Assembly: GCF_004010195.1 (NCBI RefSeq) | Contig: NC_057719.1 | Span: 68,444,567 to 68,508,566, forward strand | DNA from: Chiloscyllium plagiosum | Lineage: Eukaryota | Length of the DNA stretch: 64,000 bases | Direction: 5' to 3' | In this document: piece after piece, positions 38,830 to 52,800 of the stretch | How the letters are laid out: the number at the start of each line of letters is the position of its first letter | Numbering within the stretch: position 1 is the first letter of the stretch | The notes under the pieces: generated by a model | The model's database searches: none | What the model was told of the DNA's origin: nothing | Seen by the model: the letters and a program-made list of their open reading frames with translations, nothing else | Made by a program: the position numbers and the translations under genes

Positions 38830-39390
38830 TTTGTCCATGTTTGGATTGAAGCTGTAATAAGGTCTTGAGCAGAGAGCTCTTGGCAGAATGTATTGATGAA
38901 CAGGTTATCGCTGCATAGGTGTTGCTTAATAATGCTACCAATAACACCTTCAATTGCTTTGTTGATATTTAGGATTGGACAGGGCTAGTCATTGGTTTGG
39001 TAAATTGCCCTTTTTTGTGGATGGAACAGACTTTGTCAATTTTATACATTGTTAGATTGGTGCAAGTGTTGCAGCTGCACTGGATGGGCTTCGGTAGGGG
39101 CACAGGTAGTACTGGAGCAGAGCATTTCTTAGAGCTGCAGCTGGGATGTTATTAGGGTCCACAGTTGCTACGTACATTGCACTGAGTTGCTGATATCATT
39201 TGGCATGAATCAAATTGACTGAAAACTGGCATTTTTATTACAGGGAACCTGAGGTGAAGTCTGAAATGGGCCATGCACTTGGTATTTCTGGTTAACAATT
39301 GTCGCAAATGCTGCAGCCTTCTTTTTTGTATGCACATGCTAGACTCCCCCATCATTAAGGATGGGGATCTTCATGATGCCTTCCACAACT
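38830..39390 (-). mobile_element. Old LINE RT N-terminal fragment (same lineage as 27700-28115)
   Basis: Degenerate GPxNIP..LR..APV and P.HKKG..NP.N..P.S motifs on the minus strand. Confidence 0.55.
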
Positions 39391-39849
39391 GTATATGAGA
39401 AATTTGCAAAATTTATCACAATAATAGTGCCAGTCAGTATGGACGTATCATTGTGAATATAGAATTTCATCTCCACTTGAATTGGTACTGTGATGGGCAG
39501 ATAGGTTACTGAGTTGAAGGTCAAGTAGGTTTCCCTTCTTTTTGGTTCTTTCACCATTTGCCAAAGACCCAACGTGAAATTATGTCCTTCAGGATTCAGC
39601 AACTTGCTAAATAGTTGTGCATTCAAGTCAATCATGCCAGGTAAAGAAAGCTGATTTCCTTACCTGAAGAAGTTTGGTCAATCAAATGGGTCTTTATGCT
39701 AATCCAATGGTTTTATGATCACCTTTACTGAGATTAGCTTGACATTCAAGTTTTATTTAATGTTTTAAGGGAAAAAAAATCAACAGGTACATGGACAGAT
39801 TTGGATTAATTACAGATAAACAGGATAGGTAGTACACACAGATTGTGCT

Positions 39850-41690
39850 TAGATATAGGAGCAGAAGATATAGGACCAGAATTAAGTATTCGGCCCATCT
39901 TGTCATTCAATCGTGGCTGATGTGTTTCTCAAAGCTATTCTCCTGCCTTCTCCCCATATTAACCAAGAACCTGTCTATCTCTGTCTTAAAGGTATTCAAT
40001 GATTTCACCACCACAGCCCTCTGTGGCAATGAGTTCCAAAGTCTCACAACCTCTGGCTGAAAAAATTCCTCCTAAGTTCAGTTCAAGAGGGTCATCCCTT
40101 CACCCTGAGGCTGTGCTTTAGGATCCTAGTTTCTCCTACTATTGGAAACATCTTCTCCATGTCCACTCTATCCAGGCCTCTCAGTATTCTTGACAAATCT
40201 GGTAAGTTTCAATCAGATCTGCCCTCATCCTTCTATACTCAATCCAGTACCGATCCAGAGTCCTCAACCAGTCCTCATATTGACAAACTCTTCATCCCTG
40301 GAATTATACTAGTAAAACTCCTCTGGACCCCTTCTAATTCCAACACATCTTTCCTTCGATTTGGGGTCAAAAACTGCTCACAATATTCCAAATGTGGTCT
40401 GATCAAAGCTTTAACAGCCTTGGTAATACATCCTTGTTTTTGAAGTCTAGCTCTCTTGGAATGAATACAAACATTGTATTTGCTTTCCTTACTGCCAACT
40501 AAATCTGCTTGTTAACCTTAGGATCTTAGTTCAGGATTCTCCTAAATTTCTTTATGCTTCAGATTTATGAAGTCTTACCCCATTTAAAAAAGTGCATAAC
40601 ATCACTCGTTCCCACTTTGTACTTCATCCGCCATTTCTTTGTCTTCTCTCTATGCCTGTCCAAGTCCTTCTGCAGTCTCTGCTTCCTCAAAACTATCTGC
40701 CCCTCCATTTATCTTTGTGTCTGCAAACTCAGCAACATTGCGCTCAGTTCCTTCATCCAGATCAATAATGTGTAACATGAATAGTTGTGGGGGTCCCAGT
40801 ACTGAACCCTGTGGAACTCTACTAGTCACTGGCTGCTATCCTGAAAAAAACCTCTTTATCCCACCCACTGCCTTCTGTCAGTCAGCCAATTCTCTATCCA
40901 TAACAGTACCTTGCCTCTAACACCATGAGCTCTTACCTTACTTAATGTCTCCTGTGTGGCACCTTGCCAAAGGCCTTCTGGAAATCCAAATAGTTCACAT
41001 TCACTGGCTCTTCTTTGTCTAACTTGCTCATTATATCCTCAAAGAATTCTACCAGATTTGTCAAGCATGACCTATCCCTGAGGAAATTGTGTTCACTCAG
41101 CCCTACTTTAGCCTGCACTTTCAAGTACCCTGCAAACTTATCCTTAACAATGGAATCTAAAATCTTATCAATAACTGAGTTCAGACTAACCAGTCATAGT
41201 TTCTTGTCTTCTGCCTTTCCCTACTTCTAAAACAGAGGTGTTACATTAGCTATTTTGCAGTCCCCTAGCTAGCTTGCCCTCATATTTCATTGTTTTCCCC
41301 TCCTTCTTGTTTTTTTCAATTGCCCTCTGCTGGTATTTAACGGTTTCCCACCACTCTCAATACATCATATGCTTTTTATTTTACTTTTATACATTTTCTG
41401 ACTTGCCTCGTTAGCCATGTTGCCTCGTCTTCCCCTTAGTATGTTTCTTCTTCCTGTGCCTCCTGAATCAACCCCGAGAAACTCCTGCCATTGCTGCTCT
41501 ACCATCTTCCCAATGGCTCCCTTCCAAACAACTTTGCCAGCTCGTCTCTCATGTCTCTGTAGTTGCCTTTACTCAATTGTGATACCAATGTATCTAATTC
41601 CAGATTCTCCCGCTAAAACTGCAGGTTGAATTCTATCATATTATGGTCATTGCCCTAGGGGTTCCTTCATGTTAAGCTTCCTAATGAAGT
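39850..41690 (-). mobile_element. CR1 LINE ORF2 fragments
   Basis: HNFLRDRSCLTNLVEFFE..YLDFQKAFGKVPH; [10 protein letters not shown]-like at ~40790-40820. Confidence 0.88.
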
Positions 41691-42960
41691 GCTTGATTAA
41701 TTTTGTTGAATTTCTGGATGAAGCAGTAGATAAAGCTGGTAAGGGGAAGGTAGTGAATGCTGTCCAGATGGATTTTAAAAATAGTGTGCAACAATGGCAC
41801 GGTGACTCAGTGGTTAGCACAGCAGCCTCATAGCACCAGGGACCTGGGTTTGATTCCAGCCTCAGACGTCTGTCTGTGTGGAGTTTTCATGTTCTCCCCG
41901 TGTCTGCGTGGGTTTCCTTCGGGTGCTCCGGTTTCCTCCCACAGTACAAAGGTTAGGTTAGGTTAGGTGAATTGGCCATGCTAAATTGCCCATAGAGTTA
42001 GGTGCATTAGTCAGAGGGGAATGGGTCTGGGTGGGTTACTCTACGGAGGGCCAGTGTGGACTTGTTGGGCCAAAGGGCCTGGTTCCACACTGTAGGGAAT
42101 CTAATCTAATCAAAATTATCACACAAAGGCTAGTTAACAAAATTCAGGCTCTCAGAATAGAAAGCCCAGTGCCAGGGCCACATTTTTGTTATATACGTAC
42201 ATCATTTGGATCTTGGAATATGAGCAGAAATTTAAACTGATCAAAATCAAAGTGATCAACTAATACCAAATTGAAGCAATGGTAAGCAGTGAGGTTGATA
42301 TGGATTACCTGTAACATGGTATAAACAGGTTAAGTAGAATGGGCAGCCAGCTGGTAGATGGAATTTAAAATTTAAAAATGAGTGATCCATTTTAAAGAAG
42401 GGATGAGGGAGGCAATGTGGATATAATTAAACCATTGTAAAAGAATTGAGGGGAACAGACAGACCTGGCGGTCCATGTGATTCAAGCTTTGGCAAAGTGT
42501 GAAATCCTGAGCTTCATAAATACAGGTGTTTAATACAGTGGGGAAATTAACCCATTATAAAGCTCTGCTTAAGCCACAACTAGAGTATTTTGTTCAGTTA
42601 TCAGTCATTCATTTTAGGAAAGATTTGAATGCCTTTGAGCGGGTGCAGAGGAGGTTTACCAAAATAGTTGCAAAGGTGACGTAAACAAAAGCTGCCCCCC
42701 TCAATTAATTGGACAATGACGAGAGGACACAGATTTACAGCTTTGGGAAGGAGGTACAAACAGGATGTGAGGAAAAATGTATCTACACAGCAAGCCGTGA
42801 TCACCTGAAGCTTTTGTTCTACACAACTAGCGGAAGCAAAGAAACTATCAATGATCTGAAAAGGGAACTAGGCGACAATTAAGGAACATTAGCTTACAAG
42901 GTTATATAAATAGAAGGAAGATTCAGAGTGATTGGATTGCTGTACAAAAAGTGTGCACAA
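41690..42960 (+). mobile_element. Old CR1 ORF2 remnant split by an HE1 SINE
   Basis: CLINFVEF start; CCACAACTAGAGTAT (PQLEY); TRGHRF-like at ~42720. Confidence 0.65.
41795..42111 (+). mobile_element. HE1-type V-SINE
   Basis: tRNA head, V-domain, (ATCTA)n tail. Confidence 0.88.
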
Positions 42961-43049
42961 AATTGATTTCTGACTTAATGGCATGATACAAGACACTTTA
43001 TTTTATAATGTATACAAAATCTCCTCAGTTAAATTCTGTATTGGATGGT

Positions 43050-45240
43050 CTTACATGATGCCTAAGTGTTTGCTGAATTTTCTCTGATGTCTCAGCCTTG
43101 ATGAATGCTCATTTCCCTGCATACAAAACATTCAAGTTCGCAGAAGCAAATGGAATTAATTGTAGTCCCTTAGGATTATCACACAGAACAGAAGGCAATT
43201 TGGGATATCATCCATAAATTAATCGATAGTGAATTCTTTGTATGGACCAACCATGTCAAAGCAGTTGTCAATTTACTCTCTCATTGATTAACCAAACTGT
43301 TACGCAGCATTTCAAAGTCTGTTGCCATAAGGACTTTCACCAGTTCATGAACATTATGCACATTTTTTCACAGTTTTCTGAATTTTTCAATAGCAAATTC
43401 TCATCCAGTTTCAGTCAGAAACTAATGTGCTAAAACTGAATCCTGTTCATTTCTCATCAATTTTGTCCATTCACAAAAGTCTGTAGAACCGTTTTGTGTA
43501 AGCATCATAGTGGAAGAGCTAAGTCATGTTGTCAGGTCTAGAAAATGTAAAATTAAAATTTTTCTGCCTTTAGGTGACCTGCAACTACCTCCTCAAAGCC
43601 ATGTTTCAGTGAAGCAGGATGGGTTAGCATCCTGAGATACCTTTGTACAGATTTCACACTTCTCACTAATCTCTCCTACCAGCCTCTTGTACTCTTCACC
43701 AATTGCATGGACATCATTGAGCAGAAATTTAAACATTTGAAAAGGATATGCAGAACATGTTGACATAAACTTATGAATTTTTAAAAAATAATAAATCAAC
43801 CTATTTAGATATGTTATGACACACTTCTGAATCATGTGGGCCTTCCAGCTCAGAGGCTGGGACATTAGCACTGCACCGCAAGACCCCTTCTTGTGTTTAC
43901 TTTGTATGTCCAGAAATGCTATTACACATAGCTGACCTATTTTTTTCTAACGAACCTGTCCAGAAATGGGACATGAATCCTGGTCTCATGATGATGTTAC
44001 ATGTATCTGAATGGCTTTACACACCACCAAGTCACACATGGTGATTTTCACCTACTAATTATCACCATGAAATCACCTGTGTGTTCAATTGATGTGCAGA
44101 GCTAATTCAGGACACTCGTATTGTTTTTATCTTTGGTTTTAACCTATTTTTCTAATCAACCTTTTCAGAGATGTTATTGCATATTTCTGGAGTGGGTAGG
44201 ACTTGAAACTGGGCCTCCAAAACCAGGGGTAGGGGCACTACTGTGCAACAAGAGGCTGCCCACCTTTTTTTAATATTACCTATTTTTCTAATCAACTTGT
44301 TCAGAGACATTATTGCAAACCTCTGGAACAGCTGGGATTTGGAGCTAGTCTTCATGGTCCAAGGGTAGGGACACTACATTTGCATCACAAGAGGGCCCTC
44401 CCTTAATGTGTTTTTTATTCTGTTTCTTCTTATCTGACCCCATTAATACATATTTACCAGTCTAATGAAAAAAAATTAGTCTTTGTTAATGGTAAACAAT
44501 AAAGTCCTGTCAGAGTAAGCCACGAGCAACTCGCTTTCCAAATACAATTGCCTTGTAAAGCTCCATATCAAGTTGCATATGTATTTTTTCATGTAATATT
44601 TATTCAACAACATAGGTATTTCACTATAGACTGCATGGCTAGCTTACTCTAGGTATTTTATATGAAGTTAGAATTCTCTTTTGTAACCTGAGTGTGTTGT
44701 AACCACCAAACATAAAGGAGGTAGTACTTTTATTTTCTCTAACCTTGTATTGATCCTTACTACTTAGTCAGTCAAGATAATATTGTAGCCAGCGTGTCAA
44801 AAATACTGTTGAAGTGTGAGCAGAATTCCATATTGCACACCTAAAGAACTCCAAGACTAACAAGCTCAAATTTCCTTGTCTGCAATATAATGTATATGGA
44901 TTCACCATTACCTTCACTCTGTTCCTCAGAATTCTTTTTAAATCGGTTATTTTAAGAATCCTGCCTTTTTGTTTTTGGACTTCAAGCCACACCTGAATCA
45001 TGTATTAACTGTTTCTTGAGAATTCCTGGGATTTATTCACTTATTATTGTTTTTCTGATTCTGTCTTCTACTGTGAAAGACCGACTTGATAAAGGTGCTT
45101 TTGTTCTCATTCTGCGTTGCATTAATTCATCCATTATATTGATGCTTACACCGAGTATCAGGACTCTTTCAAAATCTGACTGTTATTGAGTCTTCAATTC
45201 TTCACGTCATCATGAATGTCCTATTTGCTCCATAAAAGCA
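43050..45240 (-). mobile_element. Highly decayed Ty1/Copia-type (GalEa-like) LTR retrotransposon: gag knuckle, protease, integrase
   Basis: AIWNSAHTSTVFLTRWLQYYLD (protease-like, 44770-44840); LLNDVH..EEYKRLVGEISEKCEICTK (INT zinc-binding end); FLTETG*EFAIEKF (DNGGEF-like, ~43380-43422); PR followed by INT without room for RT. Confidence 0.65.
43793..44398 (-). repeat. Cluster of four short (~60-120 bp) tRNA-derived repeats
   Basis: Copies at ~43793-43887, 43935-43990, 44142-44257, 44278-44398; A/B-box-like heads; shared 3' end GGTTGATTAGAAAAATAGG. Confidence 0.7.
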
Positions 45241-46250
45241 GAAGAAAATGATTAGCTTCATATATGAGAGTAAAAAAAGTTAGAAATCACAGACAGTCCA
45301 TTTGAGACAACTTAGCACAACACAGTAATTTAAATGCTAGTACTGATTTAAAGCCCCCAAATTTCACTTGTCAGTCTATGTATACAATCTATGAAAGTCC
45401 AAGTTATATTCTTCCATTGAGTGATCATCTGTTTTTTGAAATCTGCCAAATCTTAATCATGCCATTTGACATTTATTCAGTCACCATTGTGTGACTGAAT
45501 AATGGTTTTTCAAGCTTATAATTGTTAAGACAGATACTAATTGAAAAAGAAAATGAGAAAGGAAATGGACCCTTCCAGTTTCTAAAAATATCATTGCAAA
45601 GACTGAAACTGAAACTGAAAAGGACAACTTCTGTGGAGATTAAAGTTGGGTGAAACTGTAAAATAATCCATCCAAGCTCTCATCATAATCCCTGTAGTGC
45701 AGTACAATAAGACTGAAGAAAGAGGAGGCTGGATCCAGAACTGGAGAACAGGCAAATTTTTGCACATATTTCTGTTACTTGAGCATCGGTCCTGCCCCAT
45801 CCAAATAGTTGAAAGCAAAGTTAAGGAGTTTCTGTAGATGTGTGTGATTTTTGGGGTTGATTATGTGCTGCTGTCTGTTTCATAGAAGGGGGTGAGTTGA
45901 AATGCTGTGTGAGAAAGGTATGGTTTTTGAAGGACTTTGTAACTGTGATTGATAACGTATATGCTGAGTAAACTGTTGTGCTAGTTGGTAAGATCTGCCT
46001 CAGTTGAATCTGCCATTTAATGTAAAAGTTATAATTTATAATCAGCTACAATTTTCCTGTTAAATCATTTTTAACTTGTGTTGATTCTGGTGTTTAGAAT
46101 ATAGGTGGTAAACTAAGATAGTACTCAGTGTTTGATTTGTTTAACTATTATACAGCAAAAATGCTTGTCCTTCTAACTATGAATCTTGTGGCATTATTAT
46201 TTCAGTAAATAACCGAGTTTTGAGTTTCTTCAAATAATATTTTATTGATA

Positions 46251-46770
46251 TCATAGAACCCCTACAGTGTGAAAACAAGTCCTTCAGCCCAACAAGTTAC
46301 ACCGACCCTCTGAAGAGTATCCCACACAAATCCATTCCCATATATTCACCCCTAACTAACACATCCCTGAACACTATGGAGAATTTAGCATGGCCAATTC
46401 CTCTAACCTGCACATATTTGGATTGTGGGAGGAAACCCACACAGACACAGGGAGAATGTGCAAACTCTACACAGAAAGCACTGCCCCAGAAGGCTGTGGA
46501 GGCCAAGGCTCTGGATACTTTCAAGAAAGAATTGGATAGAGCTCTTAAGAATAGTGGAATCAAGGGTTATGGGGATAAGGCAGGAACAGGATACTGATTG
46601 AGGATAACCAGCCATGATCAGAATGAATGGTGGTGCTGGCTCGAAGGGCAAAATGGCCTACTCTTGCACCTATTGTCTATTGTCTATTGACAGTCGCTCA
46701 AGGGTGGAATTGAACCCAGATCCCTAGTACTCTGAGGTAACAGCGATAACCACTGAGCCATTATGCCATC
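46251..46770 (-). mobile_element. HE1-type V-SINE split by a + strand CR1 3' end (46479-46688)
   Basis: V-domain breaks at 46475 and resumes at 46689; the insert ends in (CTATTGT)n. Confidence 0.85.
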
Positions 46771-47599
46771 CCAAGATCTATTGAGATGATAACAACTGCA
46801 TGCAAATGTTTTGATAGGTTACCTAAACTTTCACTATTCATCTCATAAAATATGTTATTTTTTAATTGTATTTCTTGAAGGAAGTAACAATGCAAGGATC
46901 ATACCTTATTTTCTCTTTGGCAACCAATTTCCACATAGCCACTTCATCATCCAATGGTTATATAACTCAGTCTTCTGAGGACAATAAATGAATAATCAAA
47001 TGCTAACATTTGCTTTCTGCTGTTTTGTGCAATTGCCACTAAACTAGGATTTTAACTTTCTTTCTAAAACTGCTAACTTACTGCTACTTTATAATCCATA
47101 AAGTCAGCTGGTGAAGGATAAAATCAATGTTTACACACGGTTAGAATTGTTTATTTACAGAGATACACATTACAAACATGCACTTCCTCATCAAACAATC
47201 AAATGTTTGTCACTTGTTAAAGGGATAGATGGGAAGCCCTAGTGAATGTACACCATTGAATGTTAAAGAATACATAACAAAACAATTGATATGCATTTCG
47301 CGACTACCAACAGAGTGAATTGAGTTATTATCAGTGGTGTGAATGGACTGCAAACCAGACAAAATCCTATTTCTAAACTTGGGTCTTTTTCTTCCTAATT
47401 TACTTCATTAATTTTGGGACTTCTACACTTTTGCTTCCTTATATCATACTACCAGTCAATGTCCTCCCAACATCTGTTGTTAGTTTAATGGGAAACCAGG
47501 TGCTGTAAGCTTATAATTTGCGGATTTTGTGACATTGGGTTTTGAAGTGTGTTGTGTCAGCCGTAGATAATTGCTAGCAACTTCATGACTGAAATGTCT

Positions 47600-48411
47600 C
47601 AGACTTAGATTTAGCAGCACAAAATCTGGACTGACAATACAATGCAGCACCAGGTGTGTGCTTCACTAACAGAAGTGCCTTCTATTAGAGTCATAGAAAT
47701 GTACAGCATGGAAACAGACCCTTCGGTCCAACCCGTTCATGCCTACCAGATATCCCAACCCAATCTAATCCCACCTCCCAGCACCCTCCAAACCATTCCT
47801 ATTCATATACCCATCCAAATGCCTCTTAAATGTTGCAGTTGTACCAACCTCCACCACTTCCTCTGGCAGCTCATTCCATACTCGTACCACCCTCTGTGTG
47901 AAAATGTTGCCCCTTATGTTTCTTTTATATCTTTCCCCTCTCACCCTAAACCTATGCCCTCTAGTTCTGGACTCCCCAAACCCAGGGAAAAGACTTTGCC
48001 TATTTACTCTATCCATCCACCTCATAATTTTGTAAACCTCTATAAGGTCACCCGTCAGCCTCCGACACTCCAGGGAAAACAGCCCCAGCCTGTTCAGCCT
48101 CTCCCTATAGCTCAAATCCTCCAACCCTGGCAACATCCTTATCTGAGGCCCATTTTGGTTTCACAGGATGGTTGCAAAATATCCCATAAATTATTTTAAA
48201 GAAGAGATGGGGAGTTCCCTACAGGTTTTTGTCAATATGTATTCCTCAAACCACTAGCTAAAACAAACTAAGTGTGGGAATTTGTTAAGAATTAGCTATT
48301 GTGCTTCCTATAGTACAACAATGACTACATTTTAAAACCGTTCCATTAGCTTAATAGAGTTTTGGAATATCTTGTGGCCAGAAAAGCTGTACATAAATCA
48401 AAGTCTTTCTT
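47600..48411 (+). mobile_element. Deu-domain SINE (SacSINE1-like) split by CR1
   Basis: Deu-like segments GTGCTTCACT..GAAGTGCC and GAAGAGATGGGGAGTTCCC..GTCAATATGTATTCCTCAA; L2-like tail. Confidence 0.6.
47686..48140 (-). mobile_element. Young CR1 3' fragment
   Basis: Uninterrupted ORF MLPGLEDLSYRERLNRLGLFSLE..RTRGHRFRVRG..WNELPEEVV. Confidence 0.93.
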
Positions 48412-48721
48412 TAGGCCATCAAAAGTTTCCAGTCCAACAAACGAGTCAAGAACCTCAAATCCTAGCCAAAGTTGAAAATGGAGGAAAAATGTGGCAACTG
48501 TAAATGTGAATAGGGACAAGAACTACTTTAGTTATGAAGTTAGATTGGAGAAATTGGGGCTGTTTTCTTTGAAGAGGAGATTGCTTGGGGGAGATTAGAG
48601 CGAAGATTTCAAAATCACGGATGGGCTGGGCAGAAGATGTAGAGTGAAACTATTTCTGTTCAGAAAAGAATCCTGAGGGCACGGTTTCGAAGTATTTTGC
48701 AAAGAAGAAAATTTAATGAGA

Positions 48722-49303
48722 TTTCATTTGACTTATTGTAGTCTCATGTAGCTAAGTACAGTAAAAAAGCTTTGTTTTGTGAGCAGTGCAGACAGATCAT
48801 AGCAAACAAGGGCATACAGATCAGAGAGTGCTTAAAGTGAGGCATACAAGTTACACTGCACAGGAGGTGTGGAAAGCAAGATCAACATTAGCAAGATCAA
48901 CATTATTTGAAGATAGAGAGGTCCATTCAGCAGTCCAATAACAGCGGGGAAGAAGCGGTTCTTGAACTTGCTGGTTTTCCAGCTTCTGCATCTTCTGCCT
49001 GATGGAAGGGGTTGTAGGAGAGCAGTAATGGGTTGGGAGGGATCTTTAATAATTGGCCACCTTTCTGCTGCAAGAAGAAGTGTAAATGGAGTCCATGGAT
49101 GGGAGGTTGGCTTCCGTGACAGTCTGTGCTATGCACATATCCTTCTGTAGTTTCTTACAGTCCTGCGCAGAGCAGTTGCTGTACCAAGCCAGTGTGTACC
49201 CAGATAGAATGCTTTCTGTGGTGCATCTGTAAAAGTTGGTGAGGCTCCTTATGGACATGCTGAATTTCCGAAGCCACCTGAGGAAGAAAGGTGTTATTGT
49301 GCC
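48722..49303 (-). mobile_element. Rex1/Babar LINE 3' fragment nested in an old + strand CR1 (48510-49490)
   Basis: FFLRWLRKFSMS..LTNFYRCTTESILSGYTLAWYSNCSAQDCKKLQK. Confidence 0.88.
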
Positions 49304-49504
49304 TTGAAATGAGAAAAATGTTTTATAGCTTTGTGTAGCTAGGGTCTGAAATTCACCCCTGGATGTGTGGTGAAGGCCGGTCCAATTGCAGCATTCATGA
49401 GGGTATTGGATGATTATATAAATAGAAAGATTTGCAGGGTTATGGGAAAAGGCAGGAGATTGGCACTGAGTTAAAATGCTCAGTGAGCAAGGGCATAATA
49501 AGTG

Positions 49505-49842
49505 CAGCATGGTGACCCAGTGGTCAGCACTGCTGCCTCACAGCACCAATGAACCCAGGTTCAATTCCTGTCTTGGGTGACTGGCTCTGTGGTGTTTGCA
49601 CATTCTCCCTGTCTGTGTGGATTTCCTCCCACAGTCCAAGGTTGTGTAAGGTAGTTGGATTGACCATGCTAAATTACCCATAATGTTCAGGCATGTGTTG
49701 GTTTGGTGCATTAGCCATGGGGAGTGCAGGGTTACAGGGATAGAATAGGGGATGGTTTCGGTAGGATGCTGTTTTGGAGGGTTGGTATGGACTTACTGGT
49801 CTGAATGGCCTGTTTCCACACCATGGAGATTCTATTCTATTC
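49505..49842 (+). mobile_element. HE1-type V-SINE
   Basis: tRNA head with GGTTCAATTCC, V-domain, (ATTCT)n tail. Confidence 0.85.
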
Positions 49843-52800
49843 TGGTTGGTACAGGACCAAATGGCCTCCTTCTGCACTATAATGATTCCGCGAAGGATTT
49901 TTAGAAAAATTACTTCACGAAGTCAGTATTCCATGAATATCAGTTTATATCACTTGTTTATTTTTCACTTTGTTAATGTTGTTCCTAAACCTACACACCG
50001 AATTCCTGTTTCCCAGGAGAGCAATCAATTCCTGAAGATGCATATTGATGGCATCAGTCAACTAGATGCTGATACAATAGCATCGCAGATCTTGTAATGA
50101 TTCAGGGGCAAATTATAACTTTTGTCATTGGATAAGAAGTGAAGAAATTGTTGGCTGCTTTACACATTGCATGGGAAATAAAATTGGATGAAATGTAAAA
50201 CAAGCAGTTAGTTTGTTCCAACCCATTATTTACGCAATGATAAAGTTAAAATTACATCCCCCTACTCACTCCAACTTTTAAAAAGTCTATCCACAGTCAT
50301 GGTATAACAATCATTCGTGTACAAGTAACAGGCCAATTTGTTCCTTTGCACATTCAATTAAATGCCTTGTGCTTAATACAGATGAATGTGGGCATGCTGG
50401 GGAAATCTCTGCAAGGAAACAAGAGGAAAAATATCATTGCGCATCCAAACTTTGTAAAGCAGCCCTCCCACATCAATAAGACAGTTGCTTCAGTTGTTTA
50501 AATAATAGAAGGAAGTTCTTCATGAAGACAATGGTAAGAAACTGCTGCTGGGTTATGAGTTCAGCTCATTTGTTTGAATATTTATGGTATTCAATGACTC
50601 CCTGCTGGATATCCTCCATAACATAACCTGCTGGGAAAGGAAGGTTATCACTTTCTTCAACTGAAAGCTTCTGTTTGCAATCTGAACCCCATTAAGCAAT
50701 AAAAAAAACAGCAAGGTGCCGAACCTCTTGCTTAGAAATAGTTAGGGTTTTTGCCTCAGTCTATTAGGTTGACTGTTTGATCAATGTCATTTTAATAACA
50801 TAATGGACTGCTAACTGGATTGTCTTTGAAAATTACTTGACCAGATTAAAATGACCACAGCAACTAGCCAGTCTCAGTAAATCATAATACGCTTACAGTT
50901 ACACCACATCACTCAATGCCTACATCCAAACATTGACAATAAACTATTTGAACATTAAAAATGAGCTAGTAAAGCTGTGGAAGCAGTTACTGCATGAAAA
51001 ACTATTGGACATATACTCCAGACCCACTTTTAAAAAAGAGAATTAAGTCTTACTTGTTTGACTAGATGTGCTCAGTCCTCAATCAGAATTTATTCATTCC
51101 TCATTCAATGTATTCAGCTTGTCCAAGGCTGATTTGATCAGAAGTTGTACTTTACACTGAAGGTGTGTAATGTAAACAGATTGCAGATATAAATAATGTT
51201 TCTAATTAATTAGGAATTGTAGTTTAAACAAACACATCCATTATTTCATTTTGAACCTTTTTGCATCAAAGTTGCTCCTATGAGGAGTCACTAACAATAG
51301 AAAAAATGTATTCAATATATGTAATTGTTGACAGCCATGTCACTCAGTTATGCAACACTAATAATCAATTTAAAGGTGTAGCCTTATAACGGTTTTAATA
51401 CACAATTTTGCCCTGAAATTCTAAAATGTACAATATGTGCACTCTTCCATGTTCACTGTTATAATAAATGGTCTGGAATGAGTTACTCGAAAATTATACA
51501 ATCAAAGCACTCTGTCAATGTCACTCTTTTGGCTTATAAATAATACAAACCCTTATTATTGCACAGTCATCCTGTAACACACTCTAGCCTCACTCTAAAC
51601 ATGTCTGTTACTTTATTATAATAGATACAATTTTATCTTTACATATGAAAAATTCAGTTGTCTGATTTGGTTGTAAGCAGGGACTATTGAACCTCTGCTC
51701 CTCTATGTTTTGAGATTAATGCATGAAACAAATAGTATAACATAATATAGCTATTAAATGAATAATGCAGTGATGTTAAATTGTTAAGAGTGTGTAATAA
51801 AACAGTGATATATTAAGAGGCTCCATTATTGCAAAAGCATGTTATAGTTATTCTCATTGACTGCTAAATATCAAAATATGTGATTTCGGGTAAATATTTA
51901 GAAATTCAACATTTATATTGTAGTACAAATGCAAAAATTAGTACTATTTGATCATTCATTTATTATGTAGCTAAATTCATGTTTTCTGATTCTTAAATTG
52001 CTTGGATCTGATTCTTCGACAAATCCACTTGATATATATTAGATCAACTTGTACTTATCAGGAGTACATAATAGTAACTGTTATTATAACATGCGAAGAC
52101 TTAAAACACAAGGACTTAACCTTTAAGAAGTCACTTTGCAGAAGGCAATGAGAAAATATATTGAACATGGCAAGAATGAGAATATCATTTTTACAACATT
52201 TACATTATACCCATCTCACTGCTTTGCTATCACAGACTATCAATTGAGTTGAGTTGTTAATTTTAAATGTTTGTATCCTCCATCACACTTTTCCACTGAA
52301 CCATGACTAAACATGAAAACGTTTTAGTACAGTGCAGCACCCTCATCTGATCAGTCAAGTGTACTGCAAAAGGTGAATTGATACTCCGTGTGTTTCGAAC
52401 TGTTCTTTTGTTAGATACTGTAATATAAGAAACTTTGAATTAAAGCACTTGAATTCATAACACATTTTTGGATTTACAATCAGCACCACAGGTTGCTGTT
52501 TTATATGAACTTCCTAAAATATCAGTTAATCTGCAGAATTATTAGAATTTTATCCAGAATCATTAATAGGTTTTCAAAACTTGTAAACTAAATTTGTTAT
52601 TTTTTCGTAACTGCTGGTGATGGAAGTTAGATAATGAGCATCTAGTATTATTAATTCTCTAAAGCTATTTCCCAAAATCTCTCTTTGAAGTTGGGTACAC
52701 TTCATAGACGTATTTAACATCAGGTCCTTGTTGACCTGCAATTACTTTCCACTAAATTGGGTTGAGTTGTTAATTTTAAATATATTTGTGTCCTCCATCA

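Noticed and set aside
43793-44398. tRNA gene cluster or CRISPR-like array
   Set aside because: Units are long, divergent and irregularly spaced, with no intact cloverleaf; eukaryotic context with no cas genes
47642-48199. 185-aa + strand ORF
   Set aside because: Antisense shadow of the minus-strand CR1 ORF2
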